DNA of 64,000 nt from an uncultured Actinomycetota bacterium (GCA_963781575.1 CAWAGM010000003.1:776-64775), one strand, 5' to 3'; shown: positions 11,316 through 22,561, numbered from the stretch's first letter. Program-made: numbers and translations. Notes: generated by a model from the sequence alone, not told the origin.

Positions 11316-12519
11316 GTGACTTCGCCTGCGCAGACCGCGCCGATCGTCGACGTCAGTGCCGCGCGGCGCTGGTCGATGCTGGTCGCGAGCACGCTGGCGC
11401 AAGCTACCTCTGCGGTGATGATCCACGGCCCCGCGTTCTTGATCCCGACCCTGGTCCGCGACGAGGGCCTCTCCCTCCCCCAGGCCGGCGTCGTCGCCGC
11501 GGCACCCACGCTCGGCGTGATGCTCGCCCTGGTGGCGTGGGGCCTGGTCACCGACCGGCGCGGCGAGCGACTGGTGCTCCTGCTCGGACTCGGACTGACC
11601 GCGATCTTCGCGCTCGCCGCAACCCTCGTGTCCGACCTGGTGCCGCTCACCATCGCCCTGTTCCTCGGCGGCGCCGCCGCGGCGAGCACGGCAGCCGCGA
11701 GCGGACGGATCGTCGTGGGCTGGTTCCCGCCGCACCGCCGCGGGCTCACCATGGGCATCCGGCAGATGGCGCAACCAGTGGGCGTCGGGGTAGCAGCCAT
11801 CTCGATGGCGGTCGTCGCCGCCGAGCACGGCGTCTACGCCGCGATGCTCGTGCCGACACTCGCGACCGCCGGCGCAGTCGTCCTGGTCGCCCTCGTGGTC
11901 ATCGACCCGCCGCGACCGGCCCTGACCGACGGCCCCGCGCCCAACCCCTACCGTGCCGACCGCTACCTGGCGCGGATCCACGGGGTCTCCGTCTTGCTCG
12001 TGGTGCCCCAGTTCGTGGTGTGGACCTTCGCGCTCGTCTGGCTCGTCGACGACCGCGGGTGGACGCCGGCGGCGGCCGGTTCACTCGTCGCCGTCGCCCA
12101 GGTCGGCGGCGCGCTCGGACGCATCGGCGCCGGGCAGCTCTCGGACGTCGTCAGCTCGCGCATGCGCCCGCTGCGCTGGGTGGCGATCGCGGCCGGCGTG
12201 ACGATGGCGGCTGCTAGGACTAGCCGCCGAGCTCGACTGGGCCGTCGCGGTGCCGCTGATCGTCCTGGCCACCGTGCTGACGGTCGCCGACAACGGACTG
12301 GCCTTCACCGCCGTGGCCGAGCGGGCAGGGCCGTACTGGTCGGGCCGTGCGCTCGGGGTGCAGAACACCGCCCAGTTCCTCACCAGCGCGCTGGTGCCGC
12401 CGCTGGGCGGCCTCGCGATCACCGAAAGTGGCTACGCCGCCACGTTCGCTGCGGTCGCGCTGTTCCCGCTGCTGGCCGTGGCGCTCGTGCCGGTGGCCGA
12501 GGAACGCGAACCCAGCTAG
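11316..12519 (+). CDS. MFS transporter (frameshift near 12210)
   Basis: GLVTDRRGER and GQLSD motif-A loops, multiple TM helices. Confidence 0.8.
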
Positions 12520-12529
12520 AAGGTGGACC

Positions 12530-12655
12530 CCAAAAATGCAGGTGGACCCGCTCAAAGCGCCACTCCCCAGAAGCGCCGAACGGGTCAACACCATGCTTTC
12601 GACTCCCGGTTCCGCGAACCCCCCCAGGGTCGCGGTGCCTTCATCGAGTCGACAA
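12530..12655 (-). ncRNA. Candidate two-hairpin small RNA with G-rich loops
   Basis: TAGTGT -10 at 12661-12666 (minus); two stems (TCGACTC/GAGTCGA + CCGCGA/TCGCGG; GACCCGTTC/GAGCGGGTC + GGCGC/GCGCT) with G-U pairs only on the minus strand; ends in a T5 run. Confidence 0.55.
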
Positions 12656-12746
12656 CCAGAACACTACGAGCGCACCGTCGACGGAGTCTCCACGGCAGCT
12701 GCACGCTTCTTCCACAATTTGGTAACAGAAGTCGGGTGGCGCGAGC

Positions 12747-13266
12747 TCAACCGAGCAGGTTGTTGACTGCTACCTCGTCGACCAACCAGCGACCGTCCTG
12801 CAGCACCATCTGCATGGTCACGCGGGGCTGGTCGATCTTGGTGCCCTTCTGCTCCGATGCTGCGATCTCCTGATCGACGAAGAGCAGGACCTTCACGTGC
12901 GTGGCGTCGATCGCGGTGGCCGCGGAGTCGACGACGGTGCCTGTCGCGGTGGCCTTCAACGCGACGATCACTCGCTTGGAGTCGGCCCCCGCGCCCTCGA
13001 AGTAGGCCTGGAACTGCCTCAGTTCCGGCATCGTCGACCCAGGCGAAGTCCTCGTCGACGGTGCGGTAGTCGTAGGTCGTCATCTGCTCGACGGCGGCGC
13101 GGGCGGCCGACTCGGCCTCAGCCTCGACCGCACTCGACGACGCGTCGGAGCTCGACGGTGTGACGGCGTCGTCCTCGCGGTCGACCCAGAGCACGATCAC
13201 GCCGACCAGGGCGACGGCCAGCGCCGCCACCAGGGCGATGACAAGTCGTCGAACTGCGCCCGTCAC
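12747..13266 (-). CDS. Mce-associated membrane protein (Mas/Mam; frameshift near 13020)
   Basis: N-terminal TM, MTTYDYRTVDED, KVLLFVDQ, GRWLVD; last gene of the mce operon. Confidence 0.8.
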
Positions 13267-14364
13267 CGGACCGGCCCGGGCGCGTGCGCTGCACCGCGCT
13301 GGAGCGTGGTGAACGACGCCGAGCACCGGCCCTCGGTGTAGAACTCAGGCCGCTTGTCGACGCGCGGGTTGCGGCGCACGTCGCGGTAGCTGCATCGCGG
13401 GTCCTTGTCGGTCAGCAGGGTCAACATGAGGTGACCGTTCTTGATCTTGTCCGGCAAGATGCCGAGTCCGTCGGCGTAGGTCTGCAGGAGCGTCCGCAAG
13501 GTGCGGGTCGTGCGCAGCCAGGATGTCGGTGAGGCTGATTCCCACCGTCAGGAAGTCGGGCAGCACTCGCTGGGCGTCGGCGACCAGGGAACGCAGGTCG
13601 TCGATCTGGCCGGGCGCCCGTTGCAGGAACCGATCGAGCTCAGGGTCGTAGGACTCGAGGAACTCCGCGAACTCCTTCGCGTTTCCGGCGAGCGAAGTGA
13701 GCTCGGTGCGCTTGGCTGGCGCCACGTCGAGGGCGACGTCGGCATTGCGCAGCAGCCGCTGCGTCTCGGGCCAGACTGCGTCGAGCTCGGCCAGCAGCAG
13801 GGTGCCGTCGTCGACGAGGTCGCCGAGGTCGTCCCCGGTTCCGTCGAGAGCGGTGCTGAGCTCCTTGAGCAGGCTGCTCAGCTTCTCGTCATCGATCTGG
13901 CGCAGCACGTCGTTGACCGCGATCACCGTCGAGCTCAGGCTCTTCGGGATGTCGGTCGAGGATGCCGACACCACGTCGCCGTCCTCGAGGTAGGGGCCGC
14001 CGCTGCTGCGCGGCTGGAAGTCCAGGTATTGCTCACCGACCGGCGACAGGCTGCGCACGATCGCCACGGAGTCGACCGGCACCCGCTCGTCGGAGGTCAG
14101 TGACGCCGTGGCCATGACACTGCTGGTGCCCAGGTCGATCGAGGTGACCTTGCCGATCTTGACGCCCCGGTAGGTGACCGCTGACCCCTTGAACAGGCCA
14201 CCGGCCGCCGAGAGCTCCACCGTGACCTCGTCGGGCTGGGACAACAGCGGGCGCTGCAGCACCGAGGCGAAGAGATACGCGACGGACACGACGAGCACGA
14301 GGAAGACCCCCAGCGCGCTCAGGGCCAAGCGCGAGGCGAACAGTGCCTTCAGGGTCCGCATCAC
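13263..14364 (-). CDS. mceF: Mce family protein F (frameshift near 13500)
   Basis: AGGLFKGSAVTYRGVKIGKV MCE domain; SPVGEQYLDF. Confidence 0.8.
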
Positions 14365-15519
14365 GACCGCCCCCCGCCCAGCAGTCCACCCAGGGTGAGG
14401 ATCGGGGTGAGAGTGTTCTTCACAGTCTTCTCGACGGCCTTCTTGATGTCATCGGCCCGGGGGTTCTTCGCGCTGACCGGCAGCTCGGGGAACGGCGGAG
14501 TGTCCGGGATCGGGATCGGGATCCCGAGGTTCGCCAAGATGTCTCCCAGGCTCGGGCCCTCGATCCCGTCCAGCCGTACCGCGATCGAGATCGCGAGGTA
14601 GTCGTTGGGCACCAGCGCCTCGACGACGTGACCGACCCGGATCAGTTGGCTCAACGACTCGGAGTAGTTGCTGCCAAGGCTCGCGAACTCCCCCAGCACC
14701 GGCTCGGCCTGGCGCAGGATGCGCAGCAGCCGCGCGCTCGTCTGGGCCACGGTGTCGTTGGCGATGCCCGAGAAGTCCTCCACCTCGTTCAGGAGCCGGG
14801 TGAGCCCCGGCGTGTTGGTGCGCAGCACCTCGGCGGCCGGGCGGATCTCGCGGACGGCGCGGTTGATGATCTCCTCGCGCTCGCGCAGCGTGATCGACAC
14901 CGACGCCAGCGAGCGCAGTGCACGATCGATGTCGGCGGTGGCCGCGTTGGCCTCCGTCAGCAGGTCACGAGACCGCTCCAACAAGGCCCGTGCCGTGTCC
15001 TCGCGACCACCGAGCGCGGTGTTGAGCTCCTCGGTGACGTCCTGGAGGTCAGCCAGACCGCCGCCGTTCACCAGGAGGGACGCCTGGGACAGCGCATCCT
15101 CGACGGTGGGCGCCGTGCTGGTCTGCATCGAGCCCCAGCTCGGCGCCGTCATCGAGCAGCGCACCGTCGGCCGGGTTGGTGACGTCGACGAAGAGCTCGC
15201 CGAGCGGGGTCGTGTAGCGAAGTCGCGCCGTGGCGCCCTCGCGCAGCTGCGCGTCGGTACGCACGAGCATCTCGGCCTGGGCGTGGAAGTCCTCGGCGAG
15301 CACCTCCTGGACCTTGCCCGAGTTGACCCCGTTGACCTTCACCGTGGCGCCTTGCGCCAGGTTCAGCGCCTCGACGAACTCGGCGCGCACGGAGATGGTG
15401 TCCCCGCCGACGCCGGTACCGGGCAGGGGCAGGTCACCGAGCGTGGTGCTGCAGGCGCTGAGGATCATCAGTGACACGGTGGCCACGAAAGTCGGGGCCA
15501 CACGAGCACTCAGCCTCAT
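14361..15519 (-). CDS. mceE: Mce family lipoprotein E (frameshift near 15140)
   Basis: LSAC lipobox, LPLPG, ALNLAQGATVKVNGV, TTPLGELFV. Confidence 0.8.
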
Positions 15520-16574
15520 CGGGCCCCTCCCGTCCGCGGTGATGCGGGATCGCCCGGCTCCGGGCCGGAGATCAGCTCGCACAGGTCGAGTGGCAACGTG
15601 TCGCACAGCTGTCCGATCTGGTCACCGAGCGGAAGCAGCACGCCCGGCGGCACGCGGACCGGGATCCGTTCGCCCGCTCCCGCACGCATGAGGTTCTGCA
15701 TCGCCAACGGCATGACCTCGAGGATCTCGGTGAGGTCGCGCTCGCGCGACAGGACGGTCCGCATCACGGTGCTGCTCTCGTCGATGAGCCCGATCAGCTC
15801 CTTGCGGTGGTCGACCGCGAAGCGCGCCACCGTCATGACAGCGTCCTCGATTCCGCGCAGCGCCGCCCGGAAGTTCACCCGCTGGTCGGCGAGCAGGTCG
15901 CTGGTCTCGGTGACCTGGTCGACGAACTCGCGCACGGTCTGGTCGTTGTCGGCCAGGACGGCGACCAGGGAGTCCAGTGCCCGGATCGTTGCGCTGATGT
16001 CCTCGCGCTGGCCGGTCACGTCGCCGACCGCGCCGGAGAGGTCCGTGATGGTCGACTGCACGAGCTCACCGCGGCCGTCGAGCGCGGCTGCCCCGGCGTC
16101 GACGATGCGACGAATGGCGTCCTTGGACTCCTTCGAGCCCGCAATACCTGTGGCGAAGGTGTTGAGGGCCTCGAGGACGTCGTCGAAGTCGACCGGGGTA
16201 CGCGTGCTGGTGAGCGGGATCTCTGCTCCGTCCCTCATCGTGGCACCCGACTCGTAGACCGGGGTCAGCTCGACGTAGCGATCAGTGGCGACCGAACGGG
16301 CGACGACCACGGCTCCGGCGTCGGCCGGGACGTCATGGTCGCCGTCGACCTCCATCGTCACCTTCACCCTCGCGCCGTCCGGCTCGATGTCGGTGATGCG
16401 TCCGACGGTCACACCGAGGATGCCGACGTCGTTGCCGACGAAGAGTCCGGCCGTGTCGCTGAAGTAGGCGGTGACGGTCATGGTGTCGTCACCCGTGCCC
16501 GGGACGCACGACGAGGTGAGCAGCGCTGCGGCCACGGTCGCGAGGGTCACGAGAATCGCCCGTAGCCTCTTCAT
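15516..16574 (-). CDS. mceD: Mce family protein D
   Basis: TAGLFVGNDVGILGVTVG, SVATDRYVELTP. Confidence 0.85.
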   Translation of the reverse strand: MKRLRAILVTLATVAAALLTSSCVPGTGDDTMTVTAYFSDTAGLFVGNDVGILGVTVGRITDIEPDGARVKVTMEVDGDHDVPADAGAVVVARSVATDRYVELTPVYESGATMRDGAEIPLTSTRTPVDFDDVLEALNTFATGIAGSKESKDAIRRIVDAGAAALDGRGELVQSTITDLSGAVGDVTGQREDISATIRALDSLVAVLADNDQTVREFVDQVTETSDLLADQRVNFRAALRGIEDAVMTVARFAVDHRKELIGLIDESSTVMRTVLSRERDLTEILEVMPLAMQNLMRAGAGERIPVRVPPGVLLPLGDQIGQLCDTLPLDLCELISGPEPGDPASPRTGGAR

Positions 16575-17560
16575 CGTCCGCCTCCCGGGCAGTTCCCGGC
16601 CTGGCACAGCATGTCGTCGGTCGGGATCACCGGTGGGTGGCCGTAGAGGTCGGCGAACGGCCCGTTGCCCGTCGCGTTGGCGATGTATCGCAGGGCCGGG
16701 GCCATGGCCTCGAGCACGCCGCGCAGCTGGTCATCCTGGGAGTTCAGGGTCTCGAGCGCCAGCTCGAGCTTGCGGAAGCCAGGTCCGATGGCAGCGTCGG
16801 TCTCATCGATGATCCGGGTCAGGGCGTCGGTCAGGGAGGTCGTCTCGGCGAGCAGGCGCTCGATGGCCGCACGACGCGAGTTGACCTCGTCGAGCACCAG
16901 GTTCGTCGACTGCATCAGGTCGACGAGGTCGACGCTGCTGTCGGAGAGCTGCTCGGTGACGTCACGCGTCATCTCCAGCAGCGCCCCGGTCTGGTCGGAG
17001 CGCGTGCTCACCAGCTTCGAGAGCCGGCCCACCCCCTCCAGCGCCGGGCCGATGTCGTCGCCGGCGACGTCCAGGGTGTCGGCCGCCTCCGTCAAGGCGC
17101 GCGCCAGAACTACCGGGTCCAGCTCGCCGAGCTTCACCGTGCCCTGCTCGAGCACGTCCTGAAGGTTGTAGGGCACCGAGGTCCGCTCCAACGGGATCAC
17201 GCCGTCGGCGAGCTCGCCGTCGCCGATCGGGTCGACCTGGAGGTAGTGAGTGCCGAGCAACGTGGCCACCTTCACCTCGGCGGTCGACTCGGAGCCGAGG
17301 TGGATGTCCTTCTCGACGTCGAACGTGACGATCACCTGTCGGCCATCGAGCTCGACGCCGCGGACGGATCCGACCGACACTCCGTGCACCTGCACGTCTT
17401 CCCCAGAGCGCAGTCCGGCAGTGTGCTCGAGGACGGCGGTGTAGCTCGACGTCCCGAACGAGGCGACCGAGAGGGCGACGATGCCGAGGGCGCCAAGGGC
17501 GCCGACGACGAGCGCGACCAGCCCGATGCGGAACGGGTCACGCGCAGTGAGGGCCTTCAT
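16571..17560 (-). CDS. mceC: Mce family protein C
   Basis: TAGLRSGEDVQVHGV, ATLLGTHYL, RTSVPY. Confidence 0.85.
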   Translation of the reverse strand: MKALTARDPFRIGLVALVVGALGALGIVALSVASFGTSSYTAVLEHTAGLRSGEDVQVHGVSVGSVRGVELDGRQVIVTFDVEKDIHLGSESTAEVKVATLLGTHYLQVDPIGDGELADGVIPLERTSVPYNLQDVLEQGTVKLGELDPVVLARALTEAADTLDVAGDDIGPALEGVGRLSKLVSTRSDQTGALLEMTRDVTEQLSDSSVDLVDLMQSTNLVLDEVNSRRAAIERLLAETTSLTDALTRIIDETDAAIGPGFRKLELALETLNSQDDQLRGVLEAMAPALRYIANATGNGPFADLYGHPPVIPTDDMLCQAGNCPGGGR

Positions 17561-18577
17561 CGACACACCGCCGACCACGGCCCGTTGTTGCCGGCCAGGT
17601 TGAACTGACGTCCGCCGATGGCGAGGAGGAACGAGCAGGGGTAGACGTTCAAGCGCGTTCTCGTAGGACCCGGCGCGCCCGAGGGACTCGAAGATGATGC
17701 CGAACTCATCGACGGCCTCGTTGAGCCTCACGCGTGAGCCCGCCAAGCATGCCGGCCACCGTGCGCAGCTCGCGCACCGTGCCGACGGCCGGTGACCGCA
17801 CGTCGCGCAGGAAGGCGCTGGTCGCGCCGACCAGACGACTCACGCCGTCGATCGAGTCGCCGATCGACTCGCGGTCGCGAGCCAATCCGGCCATCAAGTG
17901 CCTTGAGCTCGCGAATCGTGGCGGTGATCTGCGCGTCCTGTCCGGAGAGGTTGTCGAGCACCGGCACCAGGTTGTCGACCACCTGGCCGTACAAGTCGTC
18001 GCGATCAGCGAGGAAGCCGGTCAGCTCGGTGGTCTGCTGCAGCAGCTGCTCGACGGTGCCGCCCTCGCCCTGGAGCACCTGCACCATCGACGTCGCCAGC
18101 CGGTTCACGTCGGCCGGCTGCAGCACCTCGAAGAGAGGGCGGAACCCGTTGAGCAGCGCGGTCAGGTCGAAGCCCGGATCGGTGCGGGCCACGGGCACCG
18201 TGCTCCGGCCGCGAGCTCGACCCCGCGGTCGTCGTCGGACTGCACGAGTGCGAGGTATCGCTGGCCGAGCAGGTTCTGGTAGCGCATCACGAGCTGGGTG
18301 GTGTCGAGGAGCGGCTGGTCGTCGCTGAGGTCGAATCCGACGTCGGCGCCGTCCTGCGCCCACCTCGATCGACTGCACGCGGCCCACCCGGACGCCGGCG
18401 ACCTTGACGTCGTCGCCGACTCGGAGCCCGCTGACGTCGGTGAACTCTGCGTCGAACGCACGCGAGTCCTCCGCCAGGCCGTTGCGCATGGTGTTCAGGA
18501 GCAGCACGAACAGCAGCACGCTGGTCAGCGCGAACAGCCCGAACTTGATGGCGATCGATCTCAGCTCTGACAGTCAC
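17557..18577 (-). CDS. mceB: Mce family protein B (several frameshifts)
   Basis: FTDVSGLRVGDDVKVAGVRVG, RYQNLLGQRYL, FDLTALLNGFRPLF. Confidence 0.8.
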
Positions 18578-19689
18578 TGCTCGCCACCCCCCGGAGCGAC
18601 GAGCCCACGGAGACTGGCCCCACGGAGACTGGCCCCGCGCATGCTGCCGCTCGGACCGTAGTCGGGGCGATCAGCGCGGGTGTAGAAGCCCGGCGTGTTC
18701 CCGCTCAGAGACGAGTCGGCCCGCAAGAAGCCCTCCCTGACGGCGGTCGGAACGACCTTGCCGAGCCTGATGTTGGTCAGGATCGATTCGGTGATGCCTT
18801 GGCGCCGGTTGTCGTAGAGGATGTCGAGCAGGATCGCTCCGTTGTCGAGCATCCGCACCGCGTCGCGGATGTTCTCGTCGAGCAGGTCGGTTGCCTGTCT
18901 CGCGAGAGCCGTGCCTCCGGTGATCAGGGCTGCGATCGAGGCCCGTCGCTGCACGATGGTGTCGAGCGTGACCAGCGCGTCGTCCGTCGCGTCGAGCAGG
19001 TCGGGCGCGATGTCGTCGATGATCTCGAGGTTGTCGGCGAGCTGGGCGAGGTCGGACCGGATCAGGGGGAACTCCGGCGCCAGTCGGGCCAGGTAACGCT
19101 CGCCCACGTCGATGATCTGCCCGATCGACTCACCGCGCCCGTCGAGTGCCTCGGCTGCCGAAGCGATGGCCGAGGAGAGCTCTGCCGGGCCCAGGGCGGT
19201 GACCAGTCGATCGATGTCGTCGAGGGCCTGCTGCAGCTCGAGCGTGTCCTGCTCGGCGTCGGCGGGGATCAACGCATCGGCCTGCAGCATCGAGCGCGAG
19301 GGGCTGCCGTGCACGATCAGGTCGACGAACGTCGTGCCGAAAACGGTGGCGGGCAGGATCCTGGCCACCACGTTGTCGGGCACCGTGTCGAGACGATCCT
19401 GCGACATCGTCATGCCGATCCGAACGTCACCGCCCGGCGCGCGCTCGATCGTGGTGACGCGGCCGACGATGACGCCAGCCACCTTGACGTCGGCTCCGGG
19501 GCGCAGCGCGCCGCCGGCGTTGCGGACGTCGGCGGCCAGCTCGGGGTCTCCTCCGACGACGCCGCCAGCACTCAGGTACGCCAGACCGAGCAGGACCGCG
19601 ATGACCAGGGCCGCGACCATGCCGCGTCGAGCCAGGTCGATGCGCCGCGGCTCCTTGCGGGGCCCGTTGCGGGTGGGAATGAGTGCCAT
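18574..19689 (-). CDS. mceA: Mce family protein A
   Basis: GGALRPGADVKVAGVIVG, PATVFGTTFVDL. Confidence 0.85.
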   Translation of the reverse strand: MALIPTRNGPRKEPRRIDLARRGMVAALVIAVLLGLAYLSAGGVVGGDPELAADVRNAGGALRPGADVKVAGVIVGRVTTIERAPGGDVRIGMTMSQDRLDTVPDNVVARILPATVFGTTFVDLIVHGSPSRSMLQADALIPADAEQDTLELQQALDDIDRLVTALGPAELSSAIASAAEALDGRGESIGQIIDVGERYLARLAPEFPLIRSDLAQLADNLEIIDDIAPDLLDATDDALVTLDTIVQRRASIAALITGGTALARQATDLLDENIRDAVRMLDNGAILLDILYDNRRQGITESILTNIRLGKVVPTAVREGFLRADSSLSGNTPGFYTRADRPDYGPSGSMRGASLRGASLRGLVAPGGGEQ

Positions 19690-19699
19690 CAGTCGCCGC

Positions 19700-20577
19700 C
19701 TACCCCGAGACCCGGAAGCCAGGGTCGCCACCCCAGAAGAGCAGCGTGAGGATCATGTCGAGCACGACGACGACCACGATGCTCGCCCGGATGGCGGCGC
19801 CGGTGGCCTCGCCGACCGACTGCGGACCGCCGTGCACCTTGAAGCCGTACCAGCAGTGGATCAGCGTCACCGCAATCGCGAAGATCAGGATCTTGACGAC
19901 CGACAACGCGATGTCGCGGCCTTGGATGAACGTGGAGAAGTAGTGCTCGTACTGCCCGGGTGACTGGCCGAAGATGTAGACGACCGAGAGTTGCGAGGCG
20001 AGGTAGGAGCCCAGCAGCCCGACCATGTAGAGCGGCAGGATCGCCAGCATGCACGCGATCACCCGGGTCGTGACGAGGTAGCGCATCGGGTTGACGGCCA
20101 TCACCTCGAGGGCATCGACCTCCTCGTGAATCTTCATCGATCCCAGCTGTGCCGTGAAGCGGCAACCGACCTGCGAGGCCAGGGCCAGCGCGGCGATCAA
20201 GGGGGCCAGCTCGCGGGTGTTGGCGCTCGCAGAGATGAACCCGGTGAGCGGCGACAGCCCGACCAGCTCGAGACCGTTGAAGCCCTCGATGCCGAGCGAT
20301 GTTCCGGCCGAGAGGGACAGCAGGACCATGACGCCGATGGTGCCGCCGCCGACGACGATGGCCCCGCTCCCCCAGGCGATGTCCTTGAGCTGCCGCAGCA
20401 TCTCGGCCGGGTAGAGGCGCAGGGTGGAGGGAACGTTCTTGATGGTGACCCAGGTGAAGGTCGCGAACGACCCCAGCGCAGCGAAGCAGCTCGAGGACGC
20501 CGTCGGTGGCCCCGATGGCCAGGTTGCCTGCCCTGTTGAGGCCCGGTGGTGGCCCTGCTGCGCACGCCGCTCGCCAT
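19700..20577 (-). CDS. yrbEB: YrbE/MlaE permease B (5' frameshifts)
   Basis: RELAPLIA, GCRFTAQLGSMKIHEEVDALEVM, GGPQSVG. Confidence 0.88.
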
Positions 20578-21405
20578 TCAGGCCACGCCCTGAGGCACGA
20601 GCATCACGTAGGCCTGGGTGATGACGACGTTGGCGACGGCGAGCAGGATCACGCTGAGCACGACCGCCTGGTTGACCGCGTCGGCCACGCCCTTCGGTCC
20701 CCCGGTGGCGCTCAGGCCCTTGTGGGCAGCCACGATCGTGGCGATGAAGCCGAACACCAGGGCCTTGAACTCGGCCAACATCAAGTCGGTGGGTTGGCTG
20801 AAGCTCACGAACGAGTCGAGATAGGCCCCCGCCGAGATCGACCCGCCACCGACGTTGAGCGCGAACGCGGTGATCATCGCCGTCATCGCGACGATCACGG
20901 TGAGCAGGAGGGCCACCACCAGGGCCGCGACCACGCGGGGCGCCACGAGTCGCTGGATCGGGTTGATGCCCATGACGCGGAGCGCATCGATCTCCTCACG
21001 CACCTGGCGAGCGCCGAGGTCGGAGCAGATGGCCGACCCGACCGCGCCGGCGATCATCAGCGAGGTGACCAGGGGTGCGCCCTGGCGCAGAACACCGATG
21101 CCGTTGACCGCGCCACTGAACGACGTCGCACCGATCTGGTTGGCGACCGCACCGATCTGCACCGAGGTGATCACGCCGAACGGGATGGCGACCAGGATCG
21201 TCGGCAGCAGCGAGACCCGGGTCATGAACCAGGCCTGCAGGAGGAACTCCGACCAGGAGAACCGCCGGGTGACGATGTCGCCCACAGCAGCCTTGGTCGA
21301 CTCGATGCCCAGCACCACCAGCTGGCCGGTGGTGCTGATGGCCGCGCGGGCGCGCCCGGACAGGTTGCCGACCGAGGAACGGCCGGCTGCCGCGAGCGCG
21401 CTCAT
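20578..21405 (-). CDS. yrbEA: YrbE/MlaE permease A
   Basis: EFLLQAWF, GSAICSDLGARQVREEIDAL, GGPKGVADAVN. Confidence 0.92.
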   Translation of the reverse strand: MSALAAAGRSSVGNLSGRARAAISTTGQLVVLGIESTKAAVGDIVTRRFSWSEFLLQAWFMTRVSLLPTILVAIPFGVITSVQIGAVANQIGATSFSGAVNGIGVLRQGAPLVTSLMIAGAVGSAICSDLGARQVREEIDALRVMGINPIQRLVAPRVVAALVVALLLTVIVAMTAMITAFALNVGGGSISAGAYLDSFVSFSQPTDLMLAEFKALVFGFIATIVAAHKGLSATGGPKGVADAVNQAVVLSVILLAVANVVITQAYVMLVPQGVA

Positions 21406-21532
21406 CGGCGTCCTGCCGGTCCGGCCTGACGCAGCGCGAGCGTGGGTCCCATATGCCCTCGTTCGTGTCGTGAGTGGGGGGAGTGTGCGGGGGGGTGCGA
21501 GTGCAGCAAGGGCGACGGTATCTGTCACCGGG

Positions 21533-21548
21533 TGTAACAGGTATCACA
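21533..21548. promoter_or_regulatory. CRP/GlxR-like site upstream of the mce operon
   Basis: TGTAA-CAGGTA-TCACA, 9/10 match to TGTGA-N6-TCACA. Confidence 0.55.
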
Positions 21549-21585
21549 GAAGAGGCGTCTGAGGGCAGGATCCCACGCCCGATCG

Positions 21586-22516
21586 TCATCGTCTCGGAAG
21601 GTGCGTGCGCGGTGCCATCCGCGGCCCGTGTCGGGGCCGTCGCAGCCCGGCCATCGCGACGAGCGCCGGAACCCGGCCACGCTGAGGCCGCCACGGCTCC
21701 AGGTATGCCTCCAGCTCGTCGTCGTCGAACGGCGTGCCGGTCAACGCCCACCCGACGTCCTTGGCGACGTGGTAGTCACCGAACGAGACGGCGTCCGGGT
21801 CGCCGAACGTCCGCTGCCTGACCTCGGCACTGGTCCAGACCCCGATTCCGGGCAGGGTGCGGAGCTTTGTGTCGGCCTCGGTGGGGTCGCGCCCAACGAG
21901 CCGCTCGAGCGAGTCGGCGACGCGGGCGGCCGTCACGAGGGTGCGCGAACGGGCCGGATCGATGTGCAGCTGCAGCCATTCCCACGACGCGATGGTGCGC
22001 AGTCGCTCGGGGGTCGGTTGCAGCCAGAGGGGCTGCCCCGGATCGGGACCCGGCGCCGGCTCACCGAAGCGGAGCACCAGGCTGCGGAAACCCGCGAACG
22101 CCTCCTGGCCGGTCACCTTCTGCTCGATGATCGCCGGCACCAGCGAGTCGAGCAGGAGGCCACTGCGCCCCAGTCGGGCGTGCGGGTGCTGGCGTCGGGC
22201 CTCGGCCAGCACCGGGTGCTGAGGTTCGAAGCCGGACCAGTCGTCGTCGGCGCCGAGCAGCGCGGGCAGCGCGTGGAGGATCCAGTCGGCGCCCGGACCC
22301 CACGCCTCGGCGTGCACCTCGCCCGCGCTGGCGCGCGACTCGACCGACAGCGTCGCCGGTCCCTCCGGGGTGCGACTCGCCCGCCAGACCCGCCCGGCGT
22401 CATCGACCCGGAAGGTCGGGTCTCCCCCGCCGTGGCGCTGCTGGCGCAGGGTGTCGAGCACCCGGCACGGCCAGTCGGGCCGCCACACCCGGCTCACGCG
22501 AGGACGACGTGGACAT
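21586..22516 (-). CDS. HhH-GPD DNA-3-methyladenine glycosylase II family
   Basis: AIIEQKVT, LPGIGVWT HhH, PDAVSFGDYH; start approximate. Confidence 0.85.
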
Positions 22517-22536
22517 GGACCCAGCCTAAAGCTGTG

Positions 22537-22550
22537 TAGAACGCGTTCTA
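22537..22550. promoter_or_regulatory. KstR-type operator (perfect palindrome)
   Basis: TAGAACGCGTTCTA = TnnAACnnGTTnnA, overlapping the TAGGGT -10 of the hydratase gene. Confidence 0.8.
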
Positions 22551-22561
22551 GGGTGTGGCGC

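Noticed and set aside
12541-12652. 6C RNA on the plus strand
   Set aside because: Loops are C-rich on plus, but the wobble pairs, -10 element and T-run all favour the minus strand. Not fully excluded without an Rfam scan.
18604-18637. 15-bp tandem repeat (GASLR units) at the mceA C-terminus
   Set aside because: In-frame slippage duplication in a variable tail; no spacers, so not CRISPR.
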